A DNA stretch of 64,000 bases from an uncultured Gammaproteobacteria bacterium (GCA_964424195.1 CAYRHT010000001.1:207542-271541), one strand, 5' to 3'; positions 21,401-34,350 are shown, counted from the stretch's first letter. Made by a program: numbers and translations. The notes: generated by a model not told the origin, from the sequence alone.

Positions 21401-21575
21401 TAATGAAATAGCTTATGATCAATGTTTTTCTGAAAAACCATTATTTTGTAGTAATGGAGAATTGAGAGATAATTGTCAGGAATGTGGATGTCCAATAAAT
21501 GAATCTTGTCAGGAAGATGGAAGCTGTAGTTTAACTACTGTTCCTAAAGTAGAAACAACATCACATATTAAATAG
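18432..21575 (+). CDS. Large secreted/surface protein: papain-like (C1 family) cysteine peptidase domain followed by multiple FG-GAP/VCBS-type beta-propeller repeats and a Cys-rich C-terminus
   Basis: 1047 aa; N-terminal TM/signal segment. Catalytic Cys in QGSCGSCWAFGALGALE, His in GYHAVLIVGFG, Asn in VKNSWGEDWGDNGYF. At least six Dx[DN]xDGxxE(I/L) repeats (DLNNDGAKE, DLDGDGDKEII, DINLDGNLDII, DVNNDGLNEIV, DIDNDGDLELI). C-terminal CxxCGC cysteine cluster. Confidence 0.75.
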   Translation: MKREKNTSEITTKVTQRVATKTKVLVGMVMGLAIVGMLGFASMAFENVKKFTIEGDIQVQSEEKGYFVNQDMDPYSSFDSSGQYMTNGSFNDREEKELNIEEIQKALEKKGTLWQGIENRIFKLNKEKRGNLLGLQIIEEELREAKQRERNQVGSRDGELPDFFDWRDLHGGLDYTTPVRDQGSCGSCWAFGALGALEAGIEAYYNNPNLNIDLSEQDLVSCYLGDGCFGAYASEVESLFNNYFQDIGVANESCFPYTATNNDCENKCSDWQNEAWITTSYENVELTVDAIKTALIENGPLEVGMEVYADFLSYNNGIYHHVTGGLLGYHAVLIVGFGVYDGMDYWIVKNSWGEDWGDNGYFKILTGDSMIDSWFAYGINIPEQLIGDSPERLCVDQDEDGYCYWGLGDMPSTCSSTCILDISDCNDANGGMFEDCGQNTEVIGFLNIISEPSDAEVYIKDLDSNNWIHRGNTPLEFKLNVGEREIKIRKFGYFESITIIDVEEGMTDELFIELEHDSQFQEGWPVQITTAYPNESRYGGAFSVSDLNNDGAKETVVITTTHDINTPYYADSVYVINSNGEFMPGWPKTLPEDGYVRESATLADLDGDGDKEIIILARYGFNSPNWPNSYIQIYNHDGTDFPGWPRLINPSNQVVRVSVADINLDGNLDIIAGSGSSYGTVISCDFNEDCEPAGVCNYGYCMDIYREVYAFNYDGTNLTGWPIEFEIPYIPRSSPVLTNLDDDPELEVIITAFHSIDNPNTQTHYVYAFNHDSTIVDGFPYSLDNYWGWTIISGDVNNDGLNEIVTQKGPITNNGESMYWENTSTKMYSVSMANVNNNYNLEILYGDADGKAYLVDHEGNNLTGWPIDQPEDNIYADGTPIVADLFGDNQKEIIISWWSYTGEKPGLYVYNLDGTLVEGFPKFEGLVSIYSSIVNDIDNDGDLELIAVSSNGQDILVLDLDKEYDPLTIEWSQFQHDAQYTGNYNFERCSNEIAYDQCFSEKPLFCSNGELRDNCQECGCPINESCQEDGSCSLTTVPKVETTSHIK

Positions 21576-21589
21576 GAATATTTAGCAAA

Positions 21590-21622
21590 AAACCACTTAG
21601 ATTATTAAGTGGTTTTTTGATG
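21590..21622 (+). terminator. Rho-independent terminator after the protease gene
   Basis: Hairpin AAAAACCACTTA-gattat-TAAGTGGTTTTT followed by Ts; a second hairpin GCTCTAAAACGCTTGATTTTAGAGC at 21644-21668 with a T-run. Confidence 0.55.
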
Positions 21623-21751
21623 CTTGAATATTATCTTATTTAGCTCTAAAACGCTTGATTTTAGAGCTATTTTTTGTTAAAATTAAGCTAGAATTTAATT
21701 AAATTCTATTTATTTTTATTAATATCTTTTAAATAATTAACAAATAAAACT

Positions 21752-24306
<2,555 letters not shown>

Positions 24307-24327
24307 TATATACATTGTAAAAAAATA

Positions 24328-24361
24328 ACTCGTTGGGTCATGGGACTCAACGAGTTTTTTT
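24328..24361. terminator. Rho-independent terminator (bidirectional, between gyrB and convergent gene)
   Basis: Hairpin CTCGTTGGGTC-atg-GGACTCAACGAG followed by TTTTTTT. Confidence 0.6.
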
Positions 24362-24367
24362 GATAAA

Positions 24368-24745
24368 TTAGCTTAAAAAGGGTAATTTGTTGATAATACA
24401 GAGGAAAGCTCCTAAGATTACCCAGATAAAACAGAAAGCAAATAACTTAATTTTCTTTCTGCCATTTTCTTGATCAATTCCTTCTTTCATAACAATAGCT
24501 TCAATTCCTAAATAAATTCCCCAAAGTATCAAGATTGATCCTGAAAGATAAGTTATAGGTATAAAAATACCAATAATCCAAAACATAGTTATAACCGTGT
24601 AGAATATTCGATCACTCTTCTGAAATGTTTCTCTCGGGGTAGGATATTCATTATGATATTTAGCATATTCATCATATTCTTTATTACGGAAATGTTTTGA
24701 AATTATTAAAGCTATTATAAGTCCTATTATAAATAATATACCCAT
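24368..24745 (-). CDS. Hypothetical membrane protein
   Basis: 125 aa; SD GAGGAGGAACAA before the ATG; 3-4 TM helices. Confidence 0.5.
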   Translation of the reverse strand: MGILFIIGLIIALIISKHFRNKEYDEYAKYHNEYPTPRETFQKSDRIFYTVITMFWIIGIFIPITYLSGSILILWGIYLGIEAIVMKEGIDQENGRKKIKLFAFCFIWVILGAFLCIINKLPFLS

Positions 24746-24755
24746 TTGTTCCTCC

Positions 24756-24995
24756 TCAATTTAAAATATATTGTTTAACGATAGTTGGTTGACCAGTAAC
24801 TGGATGTTTAGGGGAATCTATTTCCTTGATCTTCCCCTTTTCTTTTAATTGTTTAAATATTAGCGGTGATATAAACTCAAGTCCAGAAAAGTAGCAATTT
24901 GACAAGTCATAAAAAATTGTAGCTCCTTTTTTGAGTTTATCCAGTACTTCTTTTTTGGTAGTTAATTCAACTCTACCATTTCCTATATCTTTCAT
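24756..24995 (-). CDS. Hypothetical small protein
   Basis: 79 aa; SD AGGAGGAACAA before the ATG; no recognisable domain. Confidence 0.45.
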   Translation of the reverse strand: MKDIGNGRVELTTKKEVLDKLKKGATIFYDLSNCYFSGLEFISPLIFKQLKEKGKIKEIDSPKHPVTGQPTIVKQYILN

Positions 24996-25102
24996 TTGTT
25001 CCTCCTATTTTTTCTTATCCCTACCTTAATACTTTTAAGTAATTTTGTAAATAGAGGAGTGTTGACTACTCTTTTTAATTTATGCTAATATTAGTAAAGT
25101 AA

Positions 25103-25129
25103 TTAGCACTTGAAATAGTAGAGTGCTAA
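25103..25129 (+). promoter_or_regulatory. CIRCE operator (HrcA-binding inverted repeat) upstream of groES-groEL
   Basis: TTAGCACTT-gaaatagta-GAGTGCTAA matches the CIRCE consensus TTAGCACTC-N9-GAGTGCTAA with one mismatch, 27 nt upstream of the groES ATG. Confidence 0.85.
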
Positions 25130-25155
25130 TAATATTAATAACTAATTTAAAAGAT

Positions 25156-25446
25156 ATGAATTTAAAACCATTATTCGACAATATTATTGTCAAAAGAATA
25201 GAGGAAGAAGAAAAGACTAAAAGTGGTATTGTTTTACCAGATACAATAGATAAAGAAAAACCTCAGAAGGGTGAAGTAATCGCTATTGGTGAAGGTAAAA
25301 TTACTGACTCTGGTAATAAAATAGAGATGCAAGTTAAAGTTGGAGATCAAGTTTTGTTTAAAAAGTATTCTCCAGATGAAATTAAAGTAGATGGTGAAGA
25401 ATATTTAGTAATGACTCAGAATGATATCATTGCAATTGTTAAATAA
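25156..25446 (+). CDS. groES: Co-chaperonin GroES
   Basis: MNLKPLFDNIIVKRIEEEEKTKSGIVLPDT...; 96 aa. The ORF track start at 25123 would overlap CIRCE; the ATG at 25156 is the likely true start. Confidence 0.9.
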   Translation: MNLKPLFDNIIVKRIEEEEKTKSGIVLPDTIDKEKPQKGEVIAIGEGKITDSGNKIEMQVKVGDQVLFKKYSPDEIKVDGEEYLVMTQNDIIAIVK

Positions 25447-25461
25447 TATTAAAATTAATAA

Positions 25462-27108
<1,647 letters not shown>

Positions 27109-27132
27109 AATACTATTTAGATATAATAAAAA

Positions 27133-27160
27133 ACGTCGAGTTTATCTCGGCGTTTTTACT
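27133..27160 (+). terminator. Probable terminator after groEL
   Basis: Imperfect hairpin CGTCGAG-tttat-CTCGGCG followed by TTTTT. Confidence 0.4.
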
Positions 27161-27215
27161 TCTAAAAAACCTTAGCTTTTGATATAATATATACATAATT
27201 AATATTTATAATTTT

Positions 27216-27992
27216 ATGCCTTTTTATCCTGATGAAGGTAAAGGAGATGATTTTGAGATAGAAAATAAATATGAAGTAGGTTTAGAAACAGACTCTGATG
27301 ATTCAGATAGTTTTTTAATTAAAGATGAACAGAAAAAAGATTCTAAAGCAGGAATAGACCATGAAGAATTAAAAAAGAGAATTCAAAGTTTTAGTTTAGA
27401 TAAAGAAGATAATTTAATAGTAGAAGATGATGAAGGAGTTCCTAGAATTCAAAAAGATACTTGGTTTCAAGGGAAGACTATTCAGAAGGTAAAGGATTTT
27501 AAAGATGATCTTTTAGAAGGGGACCGTTCTCGTTTACCAAAATTCTTTTTTAGAAGTAAAAAAAGTAGAACTAGAACTAATGAAAGCTTAAGTTGGTATA
27601 TGAAAGTATCTAGAATACCAATTTTTTTAATTGTTTTGTATAGTACTTTAGTTTTAATCCGTGGTTATTTAATCACTATCTCTTCTAATCTAACTAATTT
27701 TGCTCAGAGTATACCTTGGTTTGATAATCTTAAATGGCCTTTTGAAATTTTGATATTTTTAATCATTACCTATGTAATTATTAAAAAGAAAAAACAATTA
27801 CCACGAATTGCTGGAATAGCTGGAATTATTATTGGTTTTTCAGCTGGAGTAATAATCTCAGTTATTAAATTATTCTGGTATCGAGAGATGTGGAATATTT
27901 TCTACCTTTCTTCAGAGAGCATCTTTTTAGCTTTAACTGGTTTGGTAGTAGCTCTAGCATCCTCAGCATTATTTTATGAAGAGTATAAATAA
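27216..27992 (+). CDS. Hypothetical membrane protein with acidic N-terminal region
   Basis: 258 aa; Asp/Glu-rich N-terminal 120 aa, then 4 TM helices. Confidence 0.5.
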   Translation: MPFYPDEGKGDDFEIENKYEVGLETDSDDSDSFLIKDEQKKDSKAGIDHEELKKRIQSFSLDKEDNLIVEDDEGVPRIQKDTWFQGKTIQKVKDFKDDLLEGDRSRLPKFFFRSKKSRTRTNESLSWYMKVSRIPIFLIVLYSTLVLIRGYLITISSNLTNFAQSIPWFDNLKWPFEILIFLIITYVIIKKKKQLPRIAGIAGIIIGFSAGVIISVIKLFWYREMWNIFYLSSESIFLALTGLVVALASSALFYEEYK

Positions 27993-28024
27993 ATTATAAT
28001 AAATTAATAATTAAAACAAAAAAT

Positions 28025-28366
28025 ATGGAAGAGAATAATGAAAAAAAAGATCAAAATGTTTTTGAAGAGGTAAGTAAAAAAGTTTCTAATAAAAATGGTT
28101 TAGCAGCGCTAAGCTATATTTGGGTTTTATGCTTAGTTCCTTTGTTAGGATCTAAGGATGAATTTGTAAAATTTCATGCTAAACAAGGTTTTGTTTTATT
28201 CATCATTGAATTAGCTTTAATCTTAGTAGCTTGGATTCCGGTGATTGGTTGGTTATTATCATTAATCGTAGCTCTAGTCGCTATTATTGGCTTAATTAAA
28301 GCTTTAAATGGTGAAAAATGGGAAATCCCTTATGTCTACAATTGGTCTAAAAAAATAAAGATTTAA
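28025..28366 (+). CDS. Small membrane protein, DUF4870-like
   Basis: 113 aa; 2-3 TM helices; motif FVKFHAKQGFVLFIIE is reminiscent of DUF4870. Confidence 0.45.
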   Translation: MEENNEKKDQNVFEEVSKKVSNKNGLAALSYIWVLCLVPLLGSKDEFVKFHAKQGFVLFIIELALILVAWIPVIGWLLSLIVALVAIIGLIKALNGEKWEIPYVYNWSKKIKI

Positions 28367-28370
28367 TACA

Positions 28371-29804
28371 ATGAATCGAACTAAAATAGTTGCTACTATT
28401 GGTCCAGCATCTTCTAGTTATCAGAAATTAAAAAAGATGGCTCAAGCCGGCATGGATGTTTGTCGACTTAATTTTTCACACAATTCTCATCAATCTCATC
28501 TGGAATTAATTAAGAATATTAAAAAAGTTCGTCAAGAATTGAAATTACCTATAGCTATTCTTCAAGATCTTCAGGGTCCAAAGTTAAGAGTAGCTGATCT
28601 AGGGGATAAAGGAATTGAAATTGAAAAGAATGAAGAAATTATTTTAGTGAGTAAAAAGAATATGAATTCTAATTCTTCAGTTAATCCTAAAGTTAAAACT
28701 ATTCCAGTTGATTTTGATATTAGTAAAATAGTTAAAGCTAAACATCGAATTTTGATTCACGATGGTTTAATTGAATTAAAAGTAATTAAAGTAAAAAGTA
28801 ATTTAGTTTGGTGTCAGGCAAATACAGCTGGAATTATTTTTCCCCATAAAGGAGTAAATATTCCCGGAGTTAGAATTACTAAAAATGTTCTAACTGAGAA
28901 AGATAAAAAAGATTTAAAGTTTGGTTTAAAACAAAAGGTTGATTGGATTGCCTTGTCTTTTGTTAGAGACCCTAAAGATATTAAAAGTTTAAGAAGGTTA
29001 ATTAAGAAATATGATCCTCGGTCTAAAGTTAAAATTATGGCTAAAATTGAAAGACCAGAGGCTGTCAGTAAAATAGACAAGATTTTGAATGAAGTAGATG
29101 GAATTATGATTGCTCGAGGAGATCTAGGAGTAGAGATAGATATTGAAAAAGTACCAATCATCCAAAAAGATGTTATTACTAAATGTTTGAAATTAGGTAA
29201 ACCAGTAGTAGTAGCAACTCAAATGCTAGAATCAATGATTGAAAACTTACGACCAACTAGAGCTGAAGTTTCTGATGTAGCTAATGCTGTTATTGATCAT
29301 ACTGATGCTATTATGCTCTCTGGAGAAACTACTTATGGTAAGTATCCAGTAGAAACTGTAGCGATGATGGACAAAATAATTGGTCAAACTGAAGATTCTG
29401 CTTATGATGATCTAATTGATTTAAGTTTGTTTTCTAAATTAAAAAAACCCTTAGCTATTCCAGAATCAATTAAAACCATAATTCTAAATACTAAAGCTGA
29501 AGCTATTATAGTAGCTACTAATTCAGGATATTCAGCTCGAATGATTTCTCGTTTAAGACCAGAAACAAAGATAATTGCTTTAGTTAATGATGATGTAATT
29601 AAAAGACAACTTAATATTTCTTGGGGAGTTCATGCTTTAAATATGCCAAAGTGTAAGACTATTTCAGAGATTATTGAGCAATCAATTAAGTTAGTTAAAT
29701 CAAAGAAACTAGTTAAAAAAGGAGATACAGTAGTGATTGTTACTGGTAAGTCAACAGTTCAGAAAAAGAAGATGAGTTTAGTTAAATTACAAGAGATTGA
29801 CTAA
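28371..29804 (+). CDS. pyk: Pyruvate kinase
   Basis: 477 aa; MNRTKIVATIGPASSS..AGMDVCRLNFSHNSH; MVARGDLGVEI; full barrel and C-terminal domain. Confidence 0.9.
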   Translation: MNRTKIVATIGPASSSYQKLKKMAQAGMDVCRLNFSHNSHQSHLELIKNIKKVRQELKLPIAILQDLQGPKLRVADLGDKGIEIEKNEEIILVSKKNMNSNSSVNPKVKTIPVDFDISKIVKAKHRILIHDGLIELKVIKVKSNLVWCQANTAGIIFPHKGVNIPGVRITKNVLTEKDKKDLKFGLKQKVDWIALSFVRDPKDIKSLRRLIKKYDPRSKVKIMAKIERPEAVSKIDKILNEVDGIMIARGDLGVEIDIEKVPIIQKDVITKCLKLGKPVVVATQMLESMIENLRPTRAEVSDVANAVIDHTDAIMLSGETTYGKYPVETVAMMDKIIGQTEDSAYDDLIDLSLFSKLKKPLAIPESIKTIILNTKAEAIIVATNSGYSARMISRLRPETKIIALVNDDVIKRQLNISWGVHALNMPKCKTISEIIEQSIKLVKSKKLVKKGDTVVIVTGKSTVQKKKMSLVKLQEID

Positions 29805-30037
29805 ATATTAAATATAGAGTAGTTTATATATTACATAAAAAGAAGGAGGACAATTGTTATTTAAATTTGAGTTTAGAATGTGGACTGAAAAAATTTCTGG
29901 ATATAGATTAATACAGATTTTTTTTAGTTTTGGAAAGAAAGAATGGAGATGGGAATTTACCAGAAAACCCAAATTTGTATTGAAAGTTAACGATAATTTT
30001 TAATGATGTTCATTAGGAATACAAAGAGGAGGATTAA

Positions 30038-30199
30038 ATGCTTGGTGGTTGTGGAAAAAAGAAGTTCGCACATCTTAATAGGAAAAGAGAAGAAGGAAAA
30101 GAGAAGAATATAATTGGAGATAAAAAAGAGATTAAAAAATGTAAGTGTGGATCACAGAAAGAACCTTGTAATCGTCGAGGCTGTAAATGTCGGCGTTGA
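30038..30199 (+). CDS. Small basic Cys-rich peptide (53 aa)
   Basis: ATG at 30038 lies 8 nt after the SD AAGAGGAGG. It translates to MLGGCGKKKFAHLNRKREEGKEKNIIGDKKEIKKCKCGSQKEPCNRRGCKCRR (6 Cys). A perfect hairpin terminator lies 20 nt downstream. It is below the 60-aa cutoff of the ORF track. Confidence 0.4.
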   Translation: MLGGCGKKKFAHLNRKREEGKEKNIIGDKKEIKKCKCGSQKEPCNRRGCKCRR

Positions 30200-30218
30200 C
30201 GTAAAATAGATTAATAAA

Positions 30219-30248
30219 AAAGCTCTTACTATGTAAGAGCTTTTTTAA
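30219..30248 (+). terminator. Rho-independent terminator
   Basis: Perfect 9-bp stem AGCTCTTAC-tat-GTAAGAGCT followed by TTTTTT. Confidence 0.65.
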
Positions 30249-30286
30249 TTGCTTTATTTCTTAGTTATAGTATATTGAAAGAGTTC

Positions 30287-30374
30287 GGAGGATTCGCCTA
30301 GTGGCCTATGGCGCACGCTTGGAAAGCGTGTTGGGTGCAAGCCCTCGAGGGTTCGAATCCCTCATCCTCCGCCA
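30287..30374 (+). tRNA. tRNA-Ser (anticodon GGA), type II with long variable arm, CCA encoded
   Basis: Acceptor GGAGGAT/ATCCTCC; D-arm CGCC..GGCG; anticodon stem CACGC/GCGTG with loop TTGGAAA (GGA); long variable arm TTGGGTGCAAGCCCTCGA; T-arm GGGTTCGAATCCC; 3-prime GCCA. Confidence 0.85.
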
Positions 30375-30445
30375 TTAATTAATCACTCTTAAGTGATTTT
30401 TTTGCTTATTTTTGCTATGATAGAGTAATAAATAATAAATTAAGT

Positions 30446-30676
30446 ATGTCAGAATTAAAATTAGGAAAATATCAACATTTTAAGGGTGGTTTTTATAATG
30501 TCTTAGGAGTTGCTAAAGATAGTGAGAATTTAGAAGAATTTGTAGTATATATTCATCATGATCCAGTTAAGGGTGAAAAAGAAAAATCTATGTGGATTAG
30601 ACCTAAAAAGATGTTTTTAGAAGATGTAATTGTTGAAGGGAAAAAAGTTCCCCGTTTTAAATTTGTTAATAAATAA
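30446..30676 (+). CDS. DUF1653 domain protein
   Basis: 76 aa; KYQHFKGGFYNVLGVAK...EEFVVY matches the DUF1653 signature. Confidence 0.5.
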   Translation: MSELKLGKYQHFKGGFYNVLGVAKDSENLEEFVVYIHHDPVKGEKEKSMWIRPKKMFLEDVIVEGKKVPRFKFVNK

Positions 30677-30686
30677 TATATAAAAT

Positions 30687-32249
30687 ATGAAGATCAGACA
30701 AAGAATTACCATTTTTTTAATAATGATTTTTTTGTTTACATTAACTTTTGTTAATGTTCAGGCTATTGATTTGGCAGGAGTAGAAGGGAGACTGTTATTA
30801 CAGGTAGAAAATAAAGGAGAAATATGGTATGTCCATCCTGACGATGGTTTACGATATGAAGTTACTCTTTTAAATGCTTTACCTTTGTTTAGAAAATTTG
30901 CTTTAGGTATTAATACAGAAGATTTGAACAAAGTTCCTATGCTTCATCAGAGTATTTCTAAAGACTTTGGTTTAAAACTCAAGGGTAAATTTTTGTTAGA
31001 TGTTGAGAATAGGGGAAAGATTTGGTATGTAGATTTTGGGGGTTTTCGACATCAAATTAAACAAGATACTTTATTAGAGATATTTAGAAAATTATCTTTA
31101 GGGATTACTAATAAGGATTTAGAAGAAATACCAATTGGAACTTTAGAAAATGAAGTTATTGAAAAGAAAAGTTCTACTACTCAAGATACTAGTATAGCTT
31201 CATTAGAAAATGATTCTGAATTTAAATCTTTTTGGGAGTTATGGAAGTTGATAAAGAATAAATATATTAATTCAGTAGATTCTAAGGTTTTGTTTGAAGG
31301 GGCTAAAGATGGCTTAGTAGAGTCTTTAGGTGATGATTATTCAGACTTTATGACTAAAGAGGAATCTAGTACCTTTTTGAAGGATTTAGGTGGTAAATTT
31401 GAAGGAATTGGAGCTGAAGTAGGAATGAAGAATAATATCTATACAGTCATTTCTCCTTTACCAGATAGTCCAGCAGAGAAATATGGTTTGAAAGCTGGAG
31501 ATCAAATCTTAAAGATTGATGAAATTAGTACTTTAGGTATGAGCTTAGGAGAAGCAATTAAAAGAACTAAGGGAGCTAAAGGTTCTACTTTAATTTTAGA
31601 TGTTAAGCATAAAGATGGTTTAGAAGAGAAGTTAAGTATAGTTCGAGATGAAATTATTTACTCTAGTTTAAGTTATGAGATAAAAGAAGATAATATTGGA
31701 TATATCCGAATGATTAGATTTAATACTGATGTCATCTATCTTTTTGATCGAGCAGTTCAATACATGTTAGAGAATGAAGTTGAAGGTATTATTTTAGATC
31801 TTAGAAACAATCCTGGAGGTTATATGAATATGGCTATTAATGCTGCTGGTTTTTGGATTGATAAGGATGTGGTAGTTATTGAAAAGAAGATTAATGAAAC
31901 TAATGCCTACAAATCATATGTTCAGCCACATTTCAAAGATATTCCTAGTGTAGTTTTAGTTAATGATGGTTCAGCTTCAGCCTCTGAGATTGTAGCTGGA
32001 GCCTTACAAGATTATGGTCTAGCAACTATTGTTGGTCAACAGACTTTTGGTAAGGGTTCAGTTCAAGAATTAACTCCACTTTCTGATGGTTCATATATTA
32101 AAATTACTACTGCTAAATGGTATACTCCAGCTAATAGATCTATTGATGGTAATGGAATTACTCCAGACATTATTGTAGAAAATACAGTAGAGGATTACAA
32201 TAATGATATTGATGCTCAATTAAATAAAGCTTTAGAATTATTAAAATAA
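30687..32249 (+). CDS. Carboxyl-terminal processing protease (S41 family) with PDZ domain and duplicated N-terminal domain
   Basis: 520 aa; signal/TM; two roughly 90-aa N-terminal repeats (LLLQVENKGEIWYVHPDDGLRYEV / FLLDVENRGKIWYVDFGGFRHQI); PDZ (GIGAEVG...GDQILKIDE); S41 catalytic blocks (LDLRNNPGG, DGSASASEIVAGALQD, TFGKGSVQ). Confidence 0.8.
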   Translation: MKIRQRITIFLIMIFLFTLTFVNVQAIDLAGVEGRLLLQVENKGEIWYVHPDDGLRYEVTLLNALPLFRKFALGINTEDLNKVPMLHQSISKDFGLKLKGKFLLDVENRGKIWYVDFGGFRHQIKQDTLLEIFRKLSLGITNKDLEEIPIGTLENEVIEKKSSTTQDTSIASLENDSEFKSFWELWKLIKNKYINSVDSKVLFEGAKDGLVESLGDDYSDFMTKEESSTFLKDLGGKFEGIGAEVGMKNNIYTVISPLPDSPAEKYGLKAGDQILKIDEISTLGMSLGEAIKRTKGAKGSTLILDVKHKDGLEEKLSIVRDEIIYSSLSYEIKEDNIGYIRMIRFNTDVIYLFDRAVQYMLENEVEGIILDLRNNPGGYMNMAINAAGFWIDKDVVVIEKKINETNAYKSYVQPHFKDIPSVVLVNDGSASASEIVAGALQDYGLATIVGQQTFGKGSVQELTPLSDGSYIKITTAKWYTPANRSIDGNGITPDIIVENTVEDYNNDIDAQLNKALELLK

Positions 32250-32253
32250 ATAT

Positions 32254-32685
32254 ATGGTAGAGAAAAAATATCCTAAGGTTGGAATTGGAGTAATGATCCA
32301 AAATGAGAAGGATCAAGTATTATTGGGTTTGAGACAGGGTTCTCATGGAGCAGGAGAATGGAGTTTCCCAGGCGGTCATTTGGATTTTGGAGAGACAATT
32401 TTTAATTGTGCTCAAAGGGAAACCAAGGAAGAAACTAATTTAGAGATTGATGAGTTTGAATTAATATCAGTAGCTAATGAAATGAGATATTTGGAATCAG
32501 ATGGTAAGCATTACATAAATATTGGTATTAAGGCTGTGTATAAAGATGGAGAGCCAGAAATTATGGAACCTGATAAATGTTTAGAATGGAAATGGTTTGA
32601 TTTAAATGATTTACCAGAAAAACTATTTCAGGGAACGGAATTAACTATTAAAAATTATTTAGATAAAAAAATCTATCAATCTTAA
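32254..32685 (+). CDS. NUDIX hydrolase
   Basis: 143 aa; Nudix box GGHLDFGETIFNCAQRETKEETNL (GX5EX7REUXEEXGU). Confidence 0.8.
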   Translation: MVEKKYPKVGIGVMIQNEKDQVLLGLRQGSHGAGEWSFPGGHLDFGETIFNCAQRETKEETNLEIDEFELISVANEMRYLESDGKHYINIGIKAVYKDGEPEIMEPDKCLEWKWFDLNDLPEKLFQGTELTIKNYLDKKIYQS

Positions 32686-32688
32686 AAC

Positions 32689-33393
32689 ATGTTAAATAAG
32701 ATTAAAAAAGAACTTAATTCTTTAGCAAATAAGAAAGATGCTCAGATATTACAGCGTTTTTTTAAAACTGGACCAGGAGAATATGGAGAAGGAGATATTT
32801 TTTTAGGAATTAGAGTTCCGATTCAAAGACAAGTAGTTCAGAAGTATTGGGAGATGGATTTAAAAGAGGTAGAAAGTCTCTTAAAAACTAATATTCATGA
32901 ATATCGTTTAGTAGCTTTGTTAATTTTAGTTAAGAAGTTTGAAAAAGGTGATGAAAAGTTAAGAAAGAGAGTGTTTAATTTGTATTTAAAGAATACTAAG
33001 TATATTAATAATTGGGATTTAGTGGATTTAACAGCTCCTAATATAGTTGGTAAGTATTTATTAGACAAACCTCGTGATATTTTGTATAAATTAGTAAAGT
33101 CTCAGAGTTTGTGGGAGAGAAGAATAGCAATGTTAGCTTGTTTTACCTTTATTCGTAATCAAGAAACTGAAGATACTTTAAAAATAGCTCAACTTTTGTT
33201 AGATGATCAGCATGATTTAATTCATAAAGCAGTAGGTTGGATGTTGAGAGAGCTTGGTAAAAGAATAGATCAAGCTATTGAAGAAAAGTTCTTAAAGAAG
33301 TATTATAGGTCTATGCCGAGAACTATGTTAAGATATGCGATAGAGAGATTTGAAGAAGGTAAAAGAAAAAAGTATTTAAAGAATAAATATTAA
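32689..33393 (+). CDS. DNA alkylation repair protein (AlkD-like HEAT-repeat glycosylase family)
   Basis: 234 aa; overall helical-repeat architecture and motifs (QRFFKTGPGEYGEGDIFLGIRVP, W.LV, WMLRE) typical of the DNA_alkylation family. Confidence 0.65.
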   Translation: MLNKIKKELNSLANKKDAQILQRFFKTGPGEYGEGDIFLGIRVPIQRQVVQKYWEMDLKEVESLLKTNIHEYRLVALLILVKKFEKGDEKLRKRVFNLYLKNTKYINNWDLVDLTAPNIVGKYLLDKPRDILYKLVKSQSLWERRIAMLACFTFIRNQETEDTLKIAQLLLDDQHDLIHKAVGWMLRELGKRIDQAIEEKFLKKYYRSMPRTMLRYAIERFEEGKRKKYLKNKY

Positions 33394-33397
33394 TACA

Positions 33398-34288
33398 ATG
33401 AGTAATGGTAAAATAATAATCTATTTTGGAGGGGGAACAATGTCTGGTGTTTTTAGTGCGGGAGTTGTTAGAAGATTTCAGGAGATGGATATTTATGACA
33501 AAATAGAAGCTGTTTATGGTGGTTCTTGTGGCTCTCTTAATGCAGCTTGTTTTTTAACTAAACAAACAGAATTAGGGTATTATATTTTTTGTGAAGATCT
33601 AACTAGTAACTTTATTCATAAAAGTAGAATATTTTATGCATTTCTACAAAGAATTTTTAGTGGATTAATTTATCGAATTCCGAGAGGAAAAATGGTTGAT
33701 GTTGTAAATTTGAAGTATTTGTTTGATATTATTAAGTATAAGAGGATTTTGGATGTTGATGAGTTGAAAAGACAAGCAGTCCCTTTTTATGCCAAGGTCT
33801 TTAACTTAACCGATGAAAAAATAGAGTATATGGATGTTAAAAAACATAATCCTTTTAAAGTTTTAAAGGCTTGTGTTGATGTGGTCCCTTATGTTAGTGA
33901 ATCTGAAGGCATAGATGGGAAAGAATATGTTGATGGAACTATATTAGAATCTATAAACCTTCAATATTTCTTAGATAAATATCCTTCTCACAAGATAGTT
34001 GTAATTTCTAATACTAATGTAGACAGAAGTTTTAAACATTATGCTAAGAGTTTCTTTGAATCTCTAGCCGCTATATCAATGTGTGGTTTTAAAGCAATAG
34101 AATATTTTGTAAAAGGTGAGTTTCAGCTTCGGAAAGACATTGCTTATGCTAAAAGAACTAAAAATGTACTTTTCATTCACCCTCCTAAGAATAATCCAAC
34201 TATCTCATCTACTACTGATCCTAAAAAATTAAAAAGAACTTACAAAATGGGCATGAAGGAAGCAGAGAAGATTAGAGAATTGTTATAA
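33398..34288 (+). CDS. Patatin-like phospholipase
   Basis: 296 aa; oxyanion GGGTMSG and nucleophile elbow GGSCGS (GxSxG); catalytic Asp in the DGT-like region. Confidence 0.7.
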   Translation: MSNGKIIIYFGGGTMSGVFSAGVVRRFQEMDIYDKIEAVYGGSCGSLNAACFLTKQTELGYYIFCEDLTSNFIHKSRIFYAFLQRIFSGLIYRIPRGKMVDVVNLKYLFDIIKYKRILDVDELKRQAVPFYAKVFNLTDEKIEYMDVKKHNPFKVLKACVDVVPYVSESEGIDGKEYVDGTILESINLQYFLDKYPSHKIVVISNTNVDRSFKHYAKSFFESLAAISMCGFKAIEYFVKGEFQLRKDIAYAKRTKNVLFIHPPKNNPTISSTTDPKKLKRTYKMGMKEAEKIRELL

Positions 34289-34350
34289 TTTTAAAATTAA
34301 ATATGAAGAAGTATTAAAATTATTTTTAATACTTTTATTTTCTAAATATT

